From Squalus acanthias (taxonomy: Eukaryota), in NCBI GenBank assembly GCA_030390025.1, contig CM059432.1:110796001-110860000 (forward strand): 64,000 nt of DNA. The letters run 5' to 3'. The position numbers and the translations under genes are program-made. The notes beneath the pieces were generated by a model. The model was not told the origin of the DNA and ran no database searches. It saw only the letters and a program-made list of their open reading frames with translations. Each line of letters begins with the position of its first letter. Within the stretch, counting starts at the first letter, position 1. Below are positions 35,060-47,769 of the stretch, in pieces.

Positions 35060-35437
35060 CATAAGAACATAAGAACTAGGAGCAGGAGTAGGCCTTATGG
35101 CCCTTCGAGCCTGCTCCGTCATTCAATAGAATCATGGCTAATCTTCGACCTCAACTCCACTTTCCTGCCCGATCTCCATATCCCTTGATTCCCCTGCAGT
35201 CCAAATATCTATCTCAGCCTTCAATATACTCCAACGACTCAGCATCCACAGCCCTCTGGGGCAGAGAAATCCAAAGATTCACAACCCTCTGAGTGAAGAA
35301 ATTCCCCCTCATCTCAGTCTTAAATAGCTGACCCCTTGTCCTGAGACTATGTCCCCTACTTCTAGACTCTCCAGCCAGGGGAAACAACCTCTCAGCATCT
35401 ACCCTGTGAATCCCCTTCAGAATCTTATATGTTTCAG
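35060..35437 (-). mobile_element. CR1 3' end
   Basis: CATAAGAACATAAGAA reverse tail; closely similar to 18930-19310. Confidence 0.92.
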
Positions 35438-35943
35438 CTCAGTTCCTAGTAACCCTAGATACCCATTTTATATGAGCAGGTAATACATACAGCATTGTAA
35501 TGCTAGAAAATTGCATAGACATATTCCGAATGTCATTTTGATCTCATTTTCATGCATAAGCCCACATAGTGGTGTTTCCTTGAGCCATTGAAATTGCAAT
35601 TGGAAAATTGGACAGGGCAAAAAATGAACAATGATCCAGTGTAACAGATCTCCACCGCTTTTTGCAAACATTAATACCCACATTGTACCCAGAAATCAGA
35701 CGTTACTGAGCAATACACACCGAATTGAAAAATTAGCATAAAATAGCCAAAATCTCGGATACTTTATTGGTGTGTGCATATTGCAATTGGTACGGGCAAC
35801 TGAACCCATATTCTGTTCATTTCTAATTGAAGGGACTAATTAAGCAAAGCTAGAAATGACATTAGAAACAGCAACAGAAATAGTCAATGCAAGCTAACCA
35901 ATTAATTAATACCAATAGTAAGAGTAATAGTAAACAAATATGA

Positions 35944-37310
35944 AGCTAGAAATTCGAATAGGTCAGAAACCTGCCGGTAACAGCACCGACCAAGGCTAAC
36001 AGCCGCCCGCAGAGAGAGTGCAGGCAGCACCGGTATTTTGGTGGTGCCTGCTAATTTACAGAGAATCTGTTGTGCAACATGCTCGTTCCGGCGCTAACTT
36101 CATCTCGAGGCCGAAGGTTGTGTCTGAAGGCTCAGTGCGGCGTTCTCGGGCAATGTGTTGTTTCGGAACATTTGGTGACGGCTTCTGGGTTTTGGTATCG
36201 AGTCCGCTGATGGCCCTTGTCGGGTTGGGGCATTGTGCGCTGCGGCACATCACGAGGCATTTGTTTGTTCACAGCTCCCCTCTTACTTTCGCGGACATTT
36301 GTCTGGGTCTTGTGTGGAGTCCACAAATGGGTGCCAGACAGCCGGGCACTCCCACCGTCGCTGGCTGCCATAGCTCCACAGACCTTTCACCCAGTTGGTT
36401 GCTGTGTGGAGGTTTGTGCTCCACTATGGTGCTGGAGGGCGAGGGGGATGCAGCTAGCAGTGACAGTGCACTCGTCTGCAGATCACATAGGGGATTCACT
36501 CCCTGGTGAGTGGCTCTGAAAGCACAGGCTCAGATCTGGAGGGACTGTGACTGGAAACAGCACAAAGACTGTGGCATAGATGTCCTTAAACCATTGCATG
36601 AGACATCAATGGAAATAAATTAAAAAAAGGGGAACATGAACTCTTGGTCAGGTGTTTACTGCTGTAAATGGTGCAGAAGAGAGTTCAATTACATTTTGAA
36701 CAAAAGCAGACTTTTGAAGAACTCTTGATAAGAATATGCGGTCAAGCCTTTTTCAAAGCAAACTTCCAAACTTTGCATAACATTTTATCAGTTCCTAAAC
36801 TAGAACCCCAATGTATAAAATTTAAGGAAATACAGCTTTGATTTTTTTCCTAAGATTGTTGTAACTGTAGTACAGTATAGTTTATTTTACTGATGGATGA
36901 CCAGGGGGAAGATTTGATCAGTGGGAGCAGTTTTCACTCCAATAGCACTCCATAGTTAACAGTTATCCCAGCAGCTGTTTACAGTACGAGTTCTAGCTCA
37001 CTGCCGGTTTCTCCCGCCTCTCTGCGCTGTCAATGACAGCACGCACGGGCGTGCTTTGGAGAGGGCGGTAAGCGGAGCGGCGAGCTCCAAATGGATGAGC
37101 GTGCGTCAATTTGGCGTTGCAGTGATTGACGTCATGCTCCTACTAATTAAAATACTTTCCGCAAGCGCAGGCAACGGCAGAGCTGCCGACCTTCCGAAAA
37201 TGGCAGCCGCCGTGGGACCCGCCGGAAGTGGGAGGAAGTGAGGCGGCTGCCATTTTTTTCAACACAACGGACCTTAACGGCTGGCGCTAACACCTCCAAT
37301 TTCTAAACCC
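35944..37310. mobile_element. Probable Harbinger-derived CpG-rich segments (one or two decayed elements)
   Basis: GCTAGAAATTC start and CAATTTCTAAACCC end; GGCGCTAA-type motifs shared with the MITEs. Boundaries unresolved. Confidence 0.35.
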
Positions 37311-38287
37311 TCGTTAATATCATGCACAAATGACAAGATACACGGCACATCTCAGCAATGGTAGTTTAATGGAATCATGAGCTTTTATGGTTGAAATTCC
37401 TGTTTGGTGGAACAAGTTGGGCTGAGTCCCGTTTCGTATTCATGATGACATTATTGAAAGAATTTCACTCCTTAGCCCATTTTTCTTAACAAAAATAATT
37501 TGTGTTGCTTGTCCTGACAAATCAAGGACTAAATAAAGCAACCTATGTAACCGTAGTGACGATAACAACTAATTGACATCTTCCTGAATAGAATGGCTGT
37601 CTATTGTACATTTCTGACAGGAACAAATCTGCAAGTCATAGCCCTTGCTTCAGTCGTGACAATTTCATCAATTATACGACTAGCTACACAAGGATAAAAT
37701 AACCAAGTACCGGTTCATAAATCTGGGTTTGTCAATTCAAAATGCTTTCCTTTTTTTACGATTGCAATTTGTCATGTAGTAATTTCAAACAGCATCTTAA
37801 ATTCCTCCACTTGGATGTTAAACCATTCACTTAAAATTGATGACAGAGCAGCTGCATACAGTAATTGTACTTCTGAAGCAAAAAAAGGCTGAAGATTGGA
37901 CTCTACAGTTAGACGAGGGTATGTGCAGAGTGCCAGGGCCTAAACATATCTTAAAGAAAGGTACAATCTTCACGATGCACTTACATTGAGCAAAGATTAT
38001 TTTCCAGGTGATTTCTCCAAGTGCATTTATGATGCAATGTGGTTCATGCATTTTCACGTAGCTGACTACAATAATTATAATTAACATTCGCATTAAGCCA
38101 GTGTAGCAGATCTGGAAGTAGGGTGGATTTAAATATACTCAGCACAATATTCTGTCCCACAACACAGGTGTCTCACACCCATTAACTTGTTTTTCACCAT
38201 CCTCTGGAATTTACCAATCATATGGAGAAGAGTGAAGTGCGCTTATATGGAGATTGCTCAGGTAATGGACAGTACTGTTATAATGCA

Positions 38288-40055
38288 TACAAAGAAATGG
38301 CAGACCAATTAAATGCATATTTTGGTTCTGTCTTCACAAAGGAGGACACAAATAACCTCCCAGAGATGTTGGAGAACATACGGTCTGATGAAAGGGAGGA
38401 ACTGAAAGAAATCAGTATTTGCAGGGAAATGGTGTTAGGGAAATTGACGGGATTGAAGGCCGATAAATCCCCAGGGCCTGATAATCTACATCCTAGGGTA
38501 CTTAAGGAAGTGGCCCTAGAAATAGTAGATGCATTGCTGATCATCTTCCAACATTCGATGGAATCTGGAATTGTTCCCATGGATTGGAGGGTAGCTAATG
38601 TTACCCCACTATTCAAAAAGGGTGGTAGAGAGAAAGTAGGGAATTACAGACCGGTAAGCCTGACATCGGTAGTGGAGAAAATGCTAGAGTCCATTATAAA
38701 GGATGTAATAGCTGAGCACTTGAAAAACAGTGACAGGATCGGACAAAGTCAACATGGATTTACAAAAGGTAAATCGTGCTTGACTAATCTACTGGAATTT
38801 TTTGAGGATGTAACTGGGAAAATAGATAAGGGAGAACCAGTAGATGTGGTGTATTTGGACTTTCAAAAGGCTTTCGATAAGGTCCCGCATAAGAGATTAG
38901 CGTGTAAAGTTAAGGCACATGGGATTGGGGGCAAGGTATTGACTTGGACAGAGAACTGGTTGGCGGACAGAAAGCAGAGAGTAGGAATTAATGGGTCTTT
39001 TTCCGAGTGGCAAGCAGTGACTAGTGGGGTACCGCAGGGATCGGTCCTTGGACCCCAGCTATTCACAATATACATTAATGATCTAGATAAGGGAACTAAA
39101 TGTAATATCTCCAAGTTTGCAGATGACACAAAGCTGGGTGGAAGTGTGTGCTGCGAGGAGGATACCGAGAAACTCCAGGATGATTTGGACAGGTTGGGTG
39201 AGTGGGCAGAAGCGTGGCAGATGCAATATAACGTGGATAAATGCGAGGTTATCCACTTTGGTGTCAAAAACAGAAAGGCAGACTATTATCTGAATGGCAA
39301 TAGATTGGGAGAAGGGGAAGTGCAACGAGACCTGGGTATCCTTGTGCACCAGTCGCTGAAGGTAAGCATGCAGGTGCAGCAGGCGGTGAAGAAGGCAAAT
39401 GGTATGTTGGCCTTCATAGCGAAAGGGTTTGAGTATAGGAACAGGGATGTCCTGCTGCAGTTGTACAGGGCCTTGGTGAGACCACACCTTGAGTAGTGTG
39501 TGCAGTTTTGGTCGCCTTATCTGAGGAAGGATGTTCTTGCCATGGAAGGAGTTCAGCGAAGATTCACCAGGCTGATACCTGGGATGGCAGGAATGACATA
39601 TGAGGAGAGATTGGGTCGATTGGGCTTATACTCACTGGAGTATAGAAGAATGAGAGGGGATCTCATCGAAACATATAAAATTCTGACAGGTCTGGACAAA
39701 CTAGATGCAGGAAGAATGTTCCCGATGGTCAGAGAGTCCAGAACCAGGGGTCATAATCTAAGGATAAGGGGTAAGCCATTTAGGACAGAAATGAGGAAGA
39801 ATTTCTTCACCCAGAGAGTGGTGAACCTGTGGAATTCTCTACCACAGAAGGTAGTTGAGGCCAAGTCATTAAATATATTCAAGAATGCGTTAGATATATT
39901 TCTTAAAGCTAAAGGTATCAAGGGATATGGGGAGAAGGCAGGTACAGGGTACTGAGTTTGGATGATCAGCCATGATCTCATCGAATGGCGGAGCAGGCTC
40001 GAGGGGCCGAATGGCCTACTCCTGCTCCTATCTTCTATGTTTCTATGTTTCTATG
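38288..40055 (+). mobile_element. 5'-truncated young CR1 (RT to tail), same subfamily as 7778-13208
   Basis: ORFs 38222-39496 and 39500-39955 are separated by a single TAG. TSD TAATGCA at 38281-38287 and 40056-40062. Confidence 0.96.
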
Positions 40056-40332
40056 TAATGCAGCAGAGATTCTCAATTTACTGTTTGCCATGTGCAAATT
40101 GAGTAGTGGGTGAAAATGATTGGAAGAGATGAACATCTGCAGGTATTAAAGAGCTTTTAATCAAGCTAAACTGGTTTTAATTTAAAATAAGTTGATTTAA
40201 TACCAGAAAAGAGAGATCTGCTGTTAAACTGATTAAATCTTAGGCATTCACTGTTGCTAATTCAGTGGTTTACTAATAGGTAATTCCGTGTTGTGAGGTT
40301 AATGTTGTCATGTAAGCTTTCTTTAACAGTTA

Positions 40333-41091
40333 GGGCTGGATTTTCATAGGGCCGTGGAGGCGGGTTTGGAGGCGTGTGGGGGGTTAAAATTGCGAAAAAA
40401 GTGGCGGGCAGACCTGATCCCGCCTCCATTCCGCCTCCACGCAATTTTGATAAAATCGTGTGCAGTGTTCCCGACTCCGTCTCGCCTCCAAGAGGCGGGA
40501 GAGGCCATTAAAGCCCTTAAGAAGCCCTAAATTGGCTCTGTAATGCCATTTTGAAACGTTTTAGCTAGTTTAACTCTTTTCTGACGTGAAGTACGCCTGA
40601 TGTGAAACACGCCAGTGAAACCTGGCGGGAGCACAAGTGGATAGCTGACCATCAGCTGCAGGTCCACTATTACAACGGAGATGTGATGAAGGTAGTAGTA
40701 GTATTAGGTCTGAAAGTCGCCTCTGATGCTGCTGCATTGAATGTCTTCAGAGACTGCCTGGCCTTTGCTGTGGGAGGACCTGGATGCAAAAAAAAACTCT
40801 TTCTCTCTCTCTCTCTCTCTCTCTGAGCTGCTGCTCATTTTGCATCCAGGTCCTCTCACAGCAAAGGCCAGCCAGTCTCTGAAGACCTTCAATGCAGCAG
40901 CAATGATGACATCATCAGAGGCGACTTTCAGACTGAAACCACTAATTGGTTCATGGGTTCCAACATGCTGGAACTCAATTGCCCAATTAGGTGAAAATTG
41001 CATCAATCTCCCACATCCAATTGTAGTCGGGTGGATAACACGAAATGCGGATGACACGACCCCAACCCACCCCAGTATCAAAATCCAGCCC
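40333..41091. mobile_element. Harbinger-type MITE with an internal hairpin
   Basis: TIR GGGCTGGATTTT / AAAATCCAGCCC; TSD TTA at 40330-40332 and 41092-41094. Confidence 0.88.
40708..40933. repeat. Inverted repeat (arms about 85-95 bp) around an A/CT microsatellite loop
   Basis: 40708-40791 versus 40838-40933: few mismatches and one indel. Confidence 0.93.
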
Positions 41092-41636
41092 TTAAGCTCT
41101 TGATGTCACAATGAGCATTAAAACAATGTAAGGAGATGCTAAAAAATTGGAATTTTATTTGGATAATTCTTGAACTGGAATTCAGATGCAATAGTTGTAT
41201 TTATTTAACCATTCATCAGCGATTGTGAGATATCACAGCTTCAGGGTTTCCATTAAAGACACAATAACACACATTAATAACACATGAACACTGTCAATAC
41301 TGTAAAGATTACTTGCAAGTGTCACCAAAGTAAAGCCTACAATTTTGCATTTAGTGTTTTGGTCATTTCTGTCTCCCCAGTCGGAGAGACTCTCCCAAAT
41401 ATGGGAGCATATAGCAGTCACATTTATCTCTGGAGCTCTAGATACCCCGATGCCAGGACAATAGTAGATGTTATGGTTTAAGGCCAACAGTCAGCCAGCC
41501 CCTGAGACAGAGAAAGTACCCCACTGTTCAGTTGAAAAGTCAAAGAACTTTCTTTAAATAGGCTCTCCTGTCAAGTTTGAGGTTATCCACTGTTATATAT
41601 AAAGTCTAATGTACAGGGCGTCATACCTCAAAGTGA

Positions 41637-42165
41637 AATAGAGTCATAGAGTCATACACCACAGAAAGAGGCCCTTCGGCCCATTGTGTCGCGCCGGCCA
41701 TCAAGCCCTGTCTATTTTAATCCCATTTTCCAGCACTTGGTCCGTAGCCTTGTATGCTATGGCGTTTCAAGTGCTCATCTAAATGCTTCTTGAATGTTGT
41801 GAGGGTTCCTGCCTCTACCACCCTTTCAGGCAGTGAGTTCCAAATTCCAACCACCCTCTGGGTGAAAAAGTTTTTCCTCAAATCCCCTCTAAACCTCCTG
41901 CCCCTTACCTTGAAACTATGCCCCCTGGTTATTGACCCCTCTACTAAGGGGAAAAGTTCCTTTCTATCTACCCTATCTATGCCCCTCATAATTTTGTACA
42001 CCTCAATCAGGTTCCCCCTCAGCCTTCTCTGCTCTAAGGAAAACAACCCCAGCCTGTCCAGTCTCTCTTCATAGCTGAAACGCTCCAGCCCAGGTAACAT
42101 CCTGGTGAATCTCCTCTGCACCCTCTCCAATGCAATCACATCCTTCCTATAGTGTGACGACCAGA
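41637..42165 (-). mobile_element. CR1 3' end
   Basis: ORF 41717-42232 has the C-terminal CR1 motifs; ATAGAGTCATAGAGTCATA reverse tail. Confidence 0.93.
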
Positions 42166-42767
42166 AAAGCCATGCCTCAAAGTGATGCAGGGTAAATAAA
42201 GTGATTGGCTGAAATACCCTCTGTCTGTTCAATTCAAATATTGATTGGTTGAAATATTCTGTTGATTAAATGTGAAGCAACCAAAGGTAAATGTGAATAA
42301 TCCAAAAGGTACAAAATGCTGCTGCAGTAAAAACACATCTGATAAACAATAGTTTTATATAAAATAATTAAAATCGGCTCCAAACAGGCAGAAACAAAAA
42401 AGGACTGTTAAATTACACCTCGTTAGAGACCACACAGAGAAGAACAGATCACCATAGCAACTTGCAGAGCCTGACTCCAGATCGGCTCCAGATTTATTTA
42501 ACTTATCTACATGAAAGACACTGAAAGAAAGCAAATGGAGTGTCAATCAACCCTGGGGTTGTTCTTGAAGAAGCCAATAGTTGGCAAGCAACTGCCCCAG
42601 AGGTGTGGTTCAACAATAAAAGGACTGTCACTAAAAACCCAAGCATGTGAAGGAAGGGTTCGCTTCCTCACTGCTCTGCGACCTCACCGCTTTCTACCTG
42701 GATGCACATTTACAGATTGCCTCTGGAACGGACCTGATGACAAGAGAAAACCATGTGCGCCACCACA

Positions 42768-42980
42768 AACAACAACAACAACTTGTATTTATATAGCGCC
42801 TTTAACGTAGTAAAACGTCCCAAGGCGCTGTACAGGAGTATTTTAAGACAGAAAATTTGACACCGATCCACATAAGGATAAATTAGAGCAGGTGACCAAA
42901 AGCTTGGTCAAAGAGGTAGGTTTTAAGGAGCGTCTTAAAGGAGGAAAGAGAGGTAGCGAGGCGGACAAGTTTAGGCAGGG
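42768..42980 (-). mobile_element. L2-like LINE 3' end
   Basis: (AAC)n reverse tail. The minus strand ends AAAGGCGCTATATAAATACAAGTTGTTG, resembling the DeuSINE tail. Confidence 0.6.
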
Positions 42981-43207
42981 AAAACCGTGTCCATCAAGAT
43001 ATTTGGAGGGCCTCAATCAGCCTGAGCAAAATCATGCATATATAAACCTTTATTAGGGTTTCGTTTAAGATTAATTTTTGTTTTCCAAAAGGGTATGCAT
43101 TTCCGAGAGTCAGAAGATATTATTTTTAATTGCTGTTAAAGCAGTTCTAAACCGTGCATGAACCGAAGATGTTGTTTAATACTAATGATTTTCTAGTGAT
43201 TTTCTAG

Positions 43208-43288
43208 TAAGAAAGAAAGAATTGCATTTCTATAGCGCCTTTCACGACCACCGGATGTCTCAAAGCGCTTTACAGCCAATGAAGTACT
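43208..43288 (-). mobile_element. DeuSINE 3' tail fragment
   Basis: Reverse complement of 22050-22130. Confidence 0.8.
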
Positions 43289-43936
43289 AGTATATAATAA
43301 ATGATTGTTTTCTTTACAAAGCCATGATTTAAGAAGTTTTTTTTTAGGAAAATGTGGCCATTAAATGAAACATAAAATGAAACCATGTGGAGATAAAAAG
43401 GCATTTCCCCAAATTAAAATCACTTTATGCCTTTTGCCCCTACTCAGCAAATCAGCAAAGACCACAAAATCAGCAGAGTGCTCTGAAGACTTTTTGAAAG
43501 TCATTTTGGCAGTCATGTTGTTTTCTGACCAGCAATAAACAACTGCAATTCAATTTTCAACATAATAAATACATTAAAAATTACATAATCATTCATTTAT
43601 AAAAATCACCAAACTTGCCCATAAGCATAGCCATGGTGCTTCCCTGTGCTAACTTTCTGATGCACAGGCCTCCTGGGGTCTCAGGCTTGAGTTGTGCTCT
43701 ATTCCAAGGGCTGGCAATATTCTTTGCTCCCAATATTTCCCAGCTTTGCCCACGCTCAGTACTACTCAATGTCTCATTGTAATACACTGTAACCTAACAA
43801 ACCATGATGGACCATCAGTTTCCCACACACTGACTTTGTGAGTGTTGCTCGGGCCCTCGACATCCTGCTGTTTATAAAACGAGAGAGTATTTTTCTCCAT
43901 TAATTACAAGAGATCCACTACATTGTGCAATAGATT

Positions 43937-46900
43937 GGGCCGTATTTTCCGATCGGAGGCTTCCCACGTGCAGAGGCCTCCGATCTGGAAAAAATCTACG
44001 CACTTACCTGAGGGCTCCCGAAGTGCGTATAATTGCGATGCTGGGCCTCTCGAACTCCAAGTGCGCAGGGCCCACGTATCCCAGAGGCACATGCAGTTCG
44101 CAAGCGTCCCTGGGATCATGTGGGCCATGGGGAGCCAATCAAAGAAGGGAATCTCCCTTCATACACTTGACAGATAGACCTGTCAAATATATGAATGGAG
44201 ATCAATGAAAAAACATAGTAAAACTTTAAATAAATTTAAAAAACCATCACATTAAAAAATTTGTTGAAATTACAATAAATTAAATATTTTAAACAAAAAT
44301 GTAATTTTTTGAAAAAAAGAATTCAAGTTTTTTACGGGGCTAAAAATAAACTTACCTTTTTTTAAAGTATTTTTTGAAACTTTTTTCAACTTTTATCCTG
44401 GTAAAAGCAGGCCTTACACCTGCTTTTACCAGGCGTAAGAATTCTAAGAGCTTTCTGCGGGCGGAGGGTCTCCAGAAAGTGGAACTATCCGCCCGCAGAG
44501 GTCCTTCTCCAGGGAAGGTGTCAGAAAACATATTTGAAAGTTCTTTATCTGAATGCACATAGCATTCGTAACAAAATGGACGAGTTAACGGCACAATTAA
44601 CTACGTATGGGTATGATCTTGTGGAAATTACAGAAACATGGCTGCAGGGTGACAACGACTGGGAACTAAATATGCCAGGGTATTTAACAATCAGGAAGGA
44701 CAGGCAGGAAGGAAGGGGAGGTGGGATGGCTATGTTAATAAAGGAAGGAATCACTGTAATACAGAGAAATGATATTGGGTCAAAGGATCAGGATAATGAA
44801 ACAGTTTGGGTGGAGATAAGGAATAATAAGGGGAAAAAAAACTAGTGGGAGTAGTATATAGGCCTCCTAATAGTTGCAACTCTGCTGGAAGAAGTATTAA
44901 TCAGGAAATAGTTGGGGCATGTAATAAGGGAACAGCTATAATTATGGGGGATTTTAACTATCATATTAACTGGACAAATCAAATTGGGCAGGGCAGCCTT
45001 GAGGAAGAGTTTATTGAGTGTATTAGGGATGGATTTCTTGAGCAGTATGTAACTGATCCTACAAGGGGGCAAGCAACCTTGGACCTGGTCCTGTGTAATG
45101 AGTCAGGATTAATTAATAATGTCCTAGTTAAGGATCCCCTTGGAATGAGTGACCATAACATGGTTGAATTCCATATCCAATTAGAGGGTGAGAAGGTTGG
45201 TTCTCAAACAAGCGTACTGAGCTTGAATAAAGGAGACTATGATGGTACGAGAGCGGAATTGATTAAAGTGGACTGGGAAAATAGATTAAAGGGTAAGACG
45301 GTACATGAGCAGTGGTGTTCATTTAAGGAGTTATTTTACAACTTTCAAAAGAAATATATTCCACTGAGGAAAAAAGGGTGTAAAAGAAATGACAGCCATC
45401 CGTGGCTTAGTAACGAAATTAAGGATAGTATCCGACTAAAAGCAAGGACATATAAGGTAGCCAAACTTAGTGGGAGGATAGAAGATTGGGAAGTCTTCAA
45501 AAGACAGCAAAAAGTAACTAAAGGATTGATTAAGAAAGGGAAGATAGATTATGAAAATAAATTAGCAAAAAATATTAAAACAGATAGCAAGAGTTTCTAT
45601 AGTTATATAAAAAGAAAAAGGGTGGCTAAGGCAAACGTAGGTCCCTTAGAGGATGAGACCGGGAAATTAATGGTGGGAAACATGGAGATGGCAAAAATGC
45701 TGAACAAATATTTTGTTTCAGTCTTTACGGTAGAGGACACTAAGAATATCCCAACACTGGACAAACAAATGGCTCTGGGGGGGAGGAGCTAAATACGATT
45801 AAAATCACTAAGGAATTGGTACTCAGTAAAATAATGGGACTCAAGGTGGATAAATCCCCTGGACCTGATGGCTTACATCCTAGGGTCTTGAGGGAAGTGG
45901 CAGTAGGGATTGTGGATGCTTTGGTAATAATTTTCCAAAATTCTCTGGACTCAGCAAAGGTCCCGGCAGATTGGAAAACTGCTAATGTAACACCCTTATT
46001 TAAAAAGGGTAGTAGGCAGAAGGCTGGAAATTATAGACCAGTTAGCCTAACATCTGTGGTGGGTAAAATTTTGGAGTCTATTATTAAGGAGACAGTAACG
46101 GAACATTTAGATAAACATAATTTAATAGGACAAAGTCAGCATGGCTTTATGAAGGGGAAGTCATGTCTGACAAATTTGCTTGAGTTCTTTGAGGATATAA
46201 CGTACAGGGTGGATAAAGGGGAACCAGTGGACGTAGTGTATTTAGACTTCCAGAAGGCATTCGACAAGGTGCCACATAAAAGATTATTGCTCAAGATAAA
46301 AAATCACTGGATTGGGGGTAATATTCTGGCATGGGTGGAGGATTGGTTATCTAACAGGAAGCAGAGAGTTGGGATAAATGGTTCATTCTCGGACTGGCAA
46401 CCAGTAGCCAGTGGTGTTCCGCAGGGGTCGGTGCTAGGTCCCCAACTCTTTACAATCTATATTAACGATTTGGAGGAGGGGACCGAGTGTAACATATCAA
46501 AGTTTGCAGATGATACAAAGATGGGAGGGAAAGTAGAAAGTGAGGAGGACATAAAAAACCTACAAGGGGATATAGACAGGCTGGGTGAGTGGGCGGAGAT
46601 TTGGCAGATGCAATACAATATTGGAAAATGTGAGGTTATGCACTTTGGCAGGAAAAATCAGAGAGCAAGTTATTATCTTAATGGCGAGAAACTGGAAAGT
46701 ACTGCAGTACAAAGGGATCTGGGGGTCCCAGTGCAAGAAAATCAAAAAGTTAGTATGCAGGTGCAGCAGGTGATCAAGAAGGCCAACGGAATGTTGGCTT
46801 TTATTGCTAGGGGGATAGATTATAAAAACAGGGAGGTATTGCTGCAGTTATATAAGGTATTGGTGAGACCGCACCTGGAATACTGCATACAGTTTTGGTA

Positions 46901-47681
46901 TCCATACTTAAGAAAAGACATACTTGCTCTCGAGGCAGTACAAAGAAGGTTCACTCGGTTAATCCCGGGGATGAGGGGGTGGACATACGAGGAGAGGTTG
47001 AGTAGATTGGGACTCTACTCATTGGAGTTCAGAAGAATGAGAGGCGAACTTATTGAAACATATAAGATTGTGAAGGGGCTTGATCGGGTGGATGCGGTAA
47101 GGATGTTCCCAAGGATGGGTGAAACTAGAACTAGGGGGCATAATCTTAGAATAAGGGGCTGCTCTTTCAAAACTGAGATGAGGAGAAACTTCTTCACTCA
47201 GAGGGTAGTAGGTCTGTGGAATTTGCTGCCCCAGGAAGCTGTGGAAGCTACTTCATTAAATAAATTTAAAACAGAAATAGACCGTTTCCTAGAAGTAAAG
47301 GGAATTAGGGGTTACGGGGAGCGGGCAGGAAATTGGACATGAGGCTGAGTTCGGATCGGTCAGGGCCCTGTGGGTGGCGGAGTGGGCCCAGAGGCTGAGT
47401 GGCCGGGTCCTGCTCCTACTTCTTGTGTTCTTTAGATTTGAGGTTAGGATCAGATCAGCCATGATCTTATTGAATGGCGGAGCAGGCTCGAGGGGCCGAT
47501 TGGCCTACTCCTGCTCCTATTTCTTATGTTCTTATGTTCTTATCTGTCAAGAGCATTCTTGACAGATCGGAAATACCGGTTTCAGCGCATGCGTTGTGCA
47601 TGCCTGAAACCGGCATTTCCGATGTCCCTACAGGTGGGTACACAGCACATACCCACCCGTAGGGATCGGAATATCTGGGCC
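43937..47681. mobile_element. Harbinger-type MITE hosting a 3-kb CR1
   Basis: Imperfect TIR GGGCCGTATTTTCCGATC / GATCGGAATATCTGGGCC; TSD ATT at 43934-43936 and 47682-47684. Confidence 0.8.
44510..47542 (+). mobile_element. Young CR1 with near-complete ORF2 (APE plus RT), ORF1 absent
   Basis: ORFs 44534-44845, 44845-45792 and 45816-47342, broken only at A- and G-homopolymers. TTCTTATG repeat tail. Confidence 0.96.
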
Positions 47682-47769
47682 ATTGTGTTCCATATACTGC
47701 AGCACTCCAGTCATTGGTAAACAGAGTGTTCGCCAACTTACCTATTGCTGATACATAAAATTATTATTT

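Noticed and set aside
38222..38287. Flank-derived ATG in frame with the CR1 RT (424-aa ORF)
   Set aside because: A short chance extension upstream of the TSD; no promoter evidence, and the RT frame has a premature stop.
42200..42465. Two ATTGG boxes and an RFX-like CCATAGCAAC
   Set aside because: Short motifs with no CpG island or downstream gene; not enough to call a promoter.
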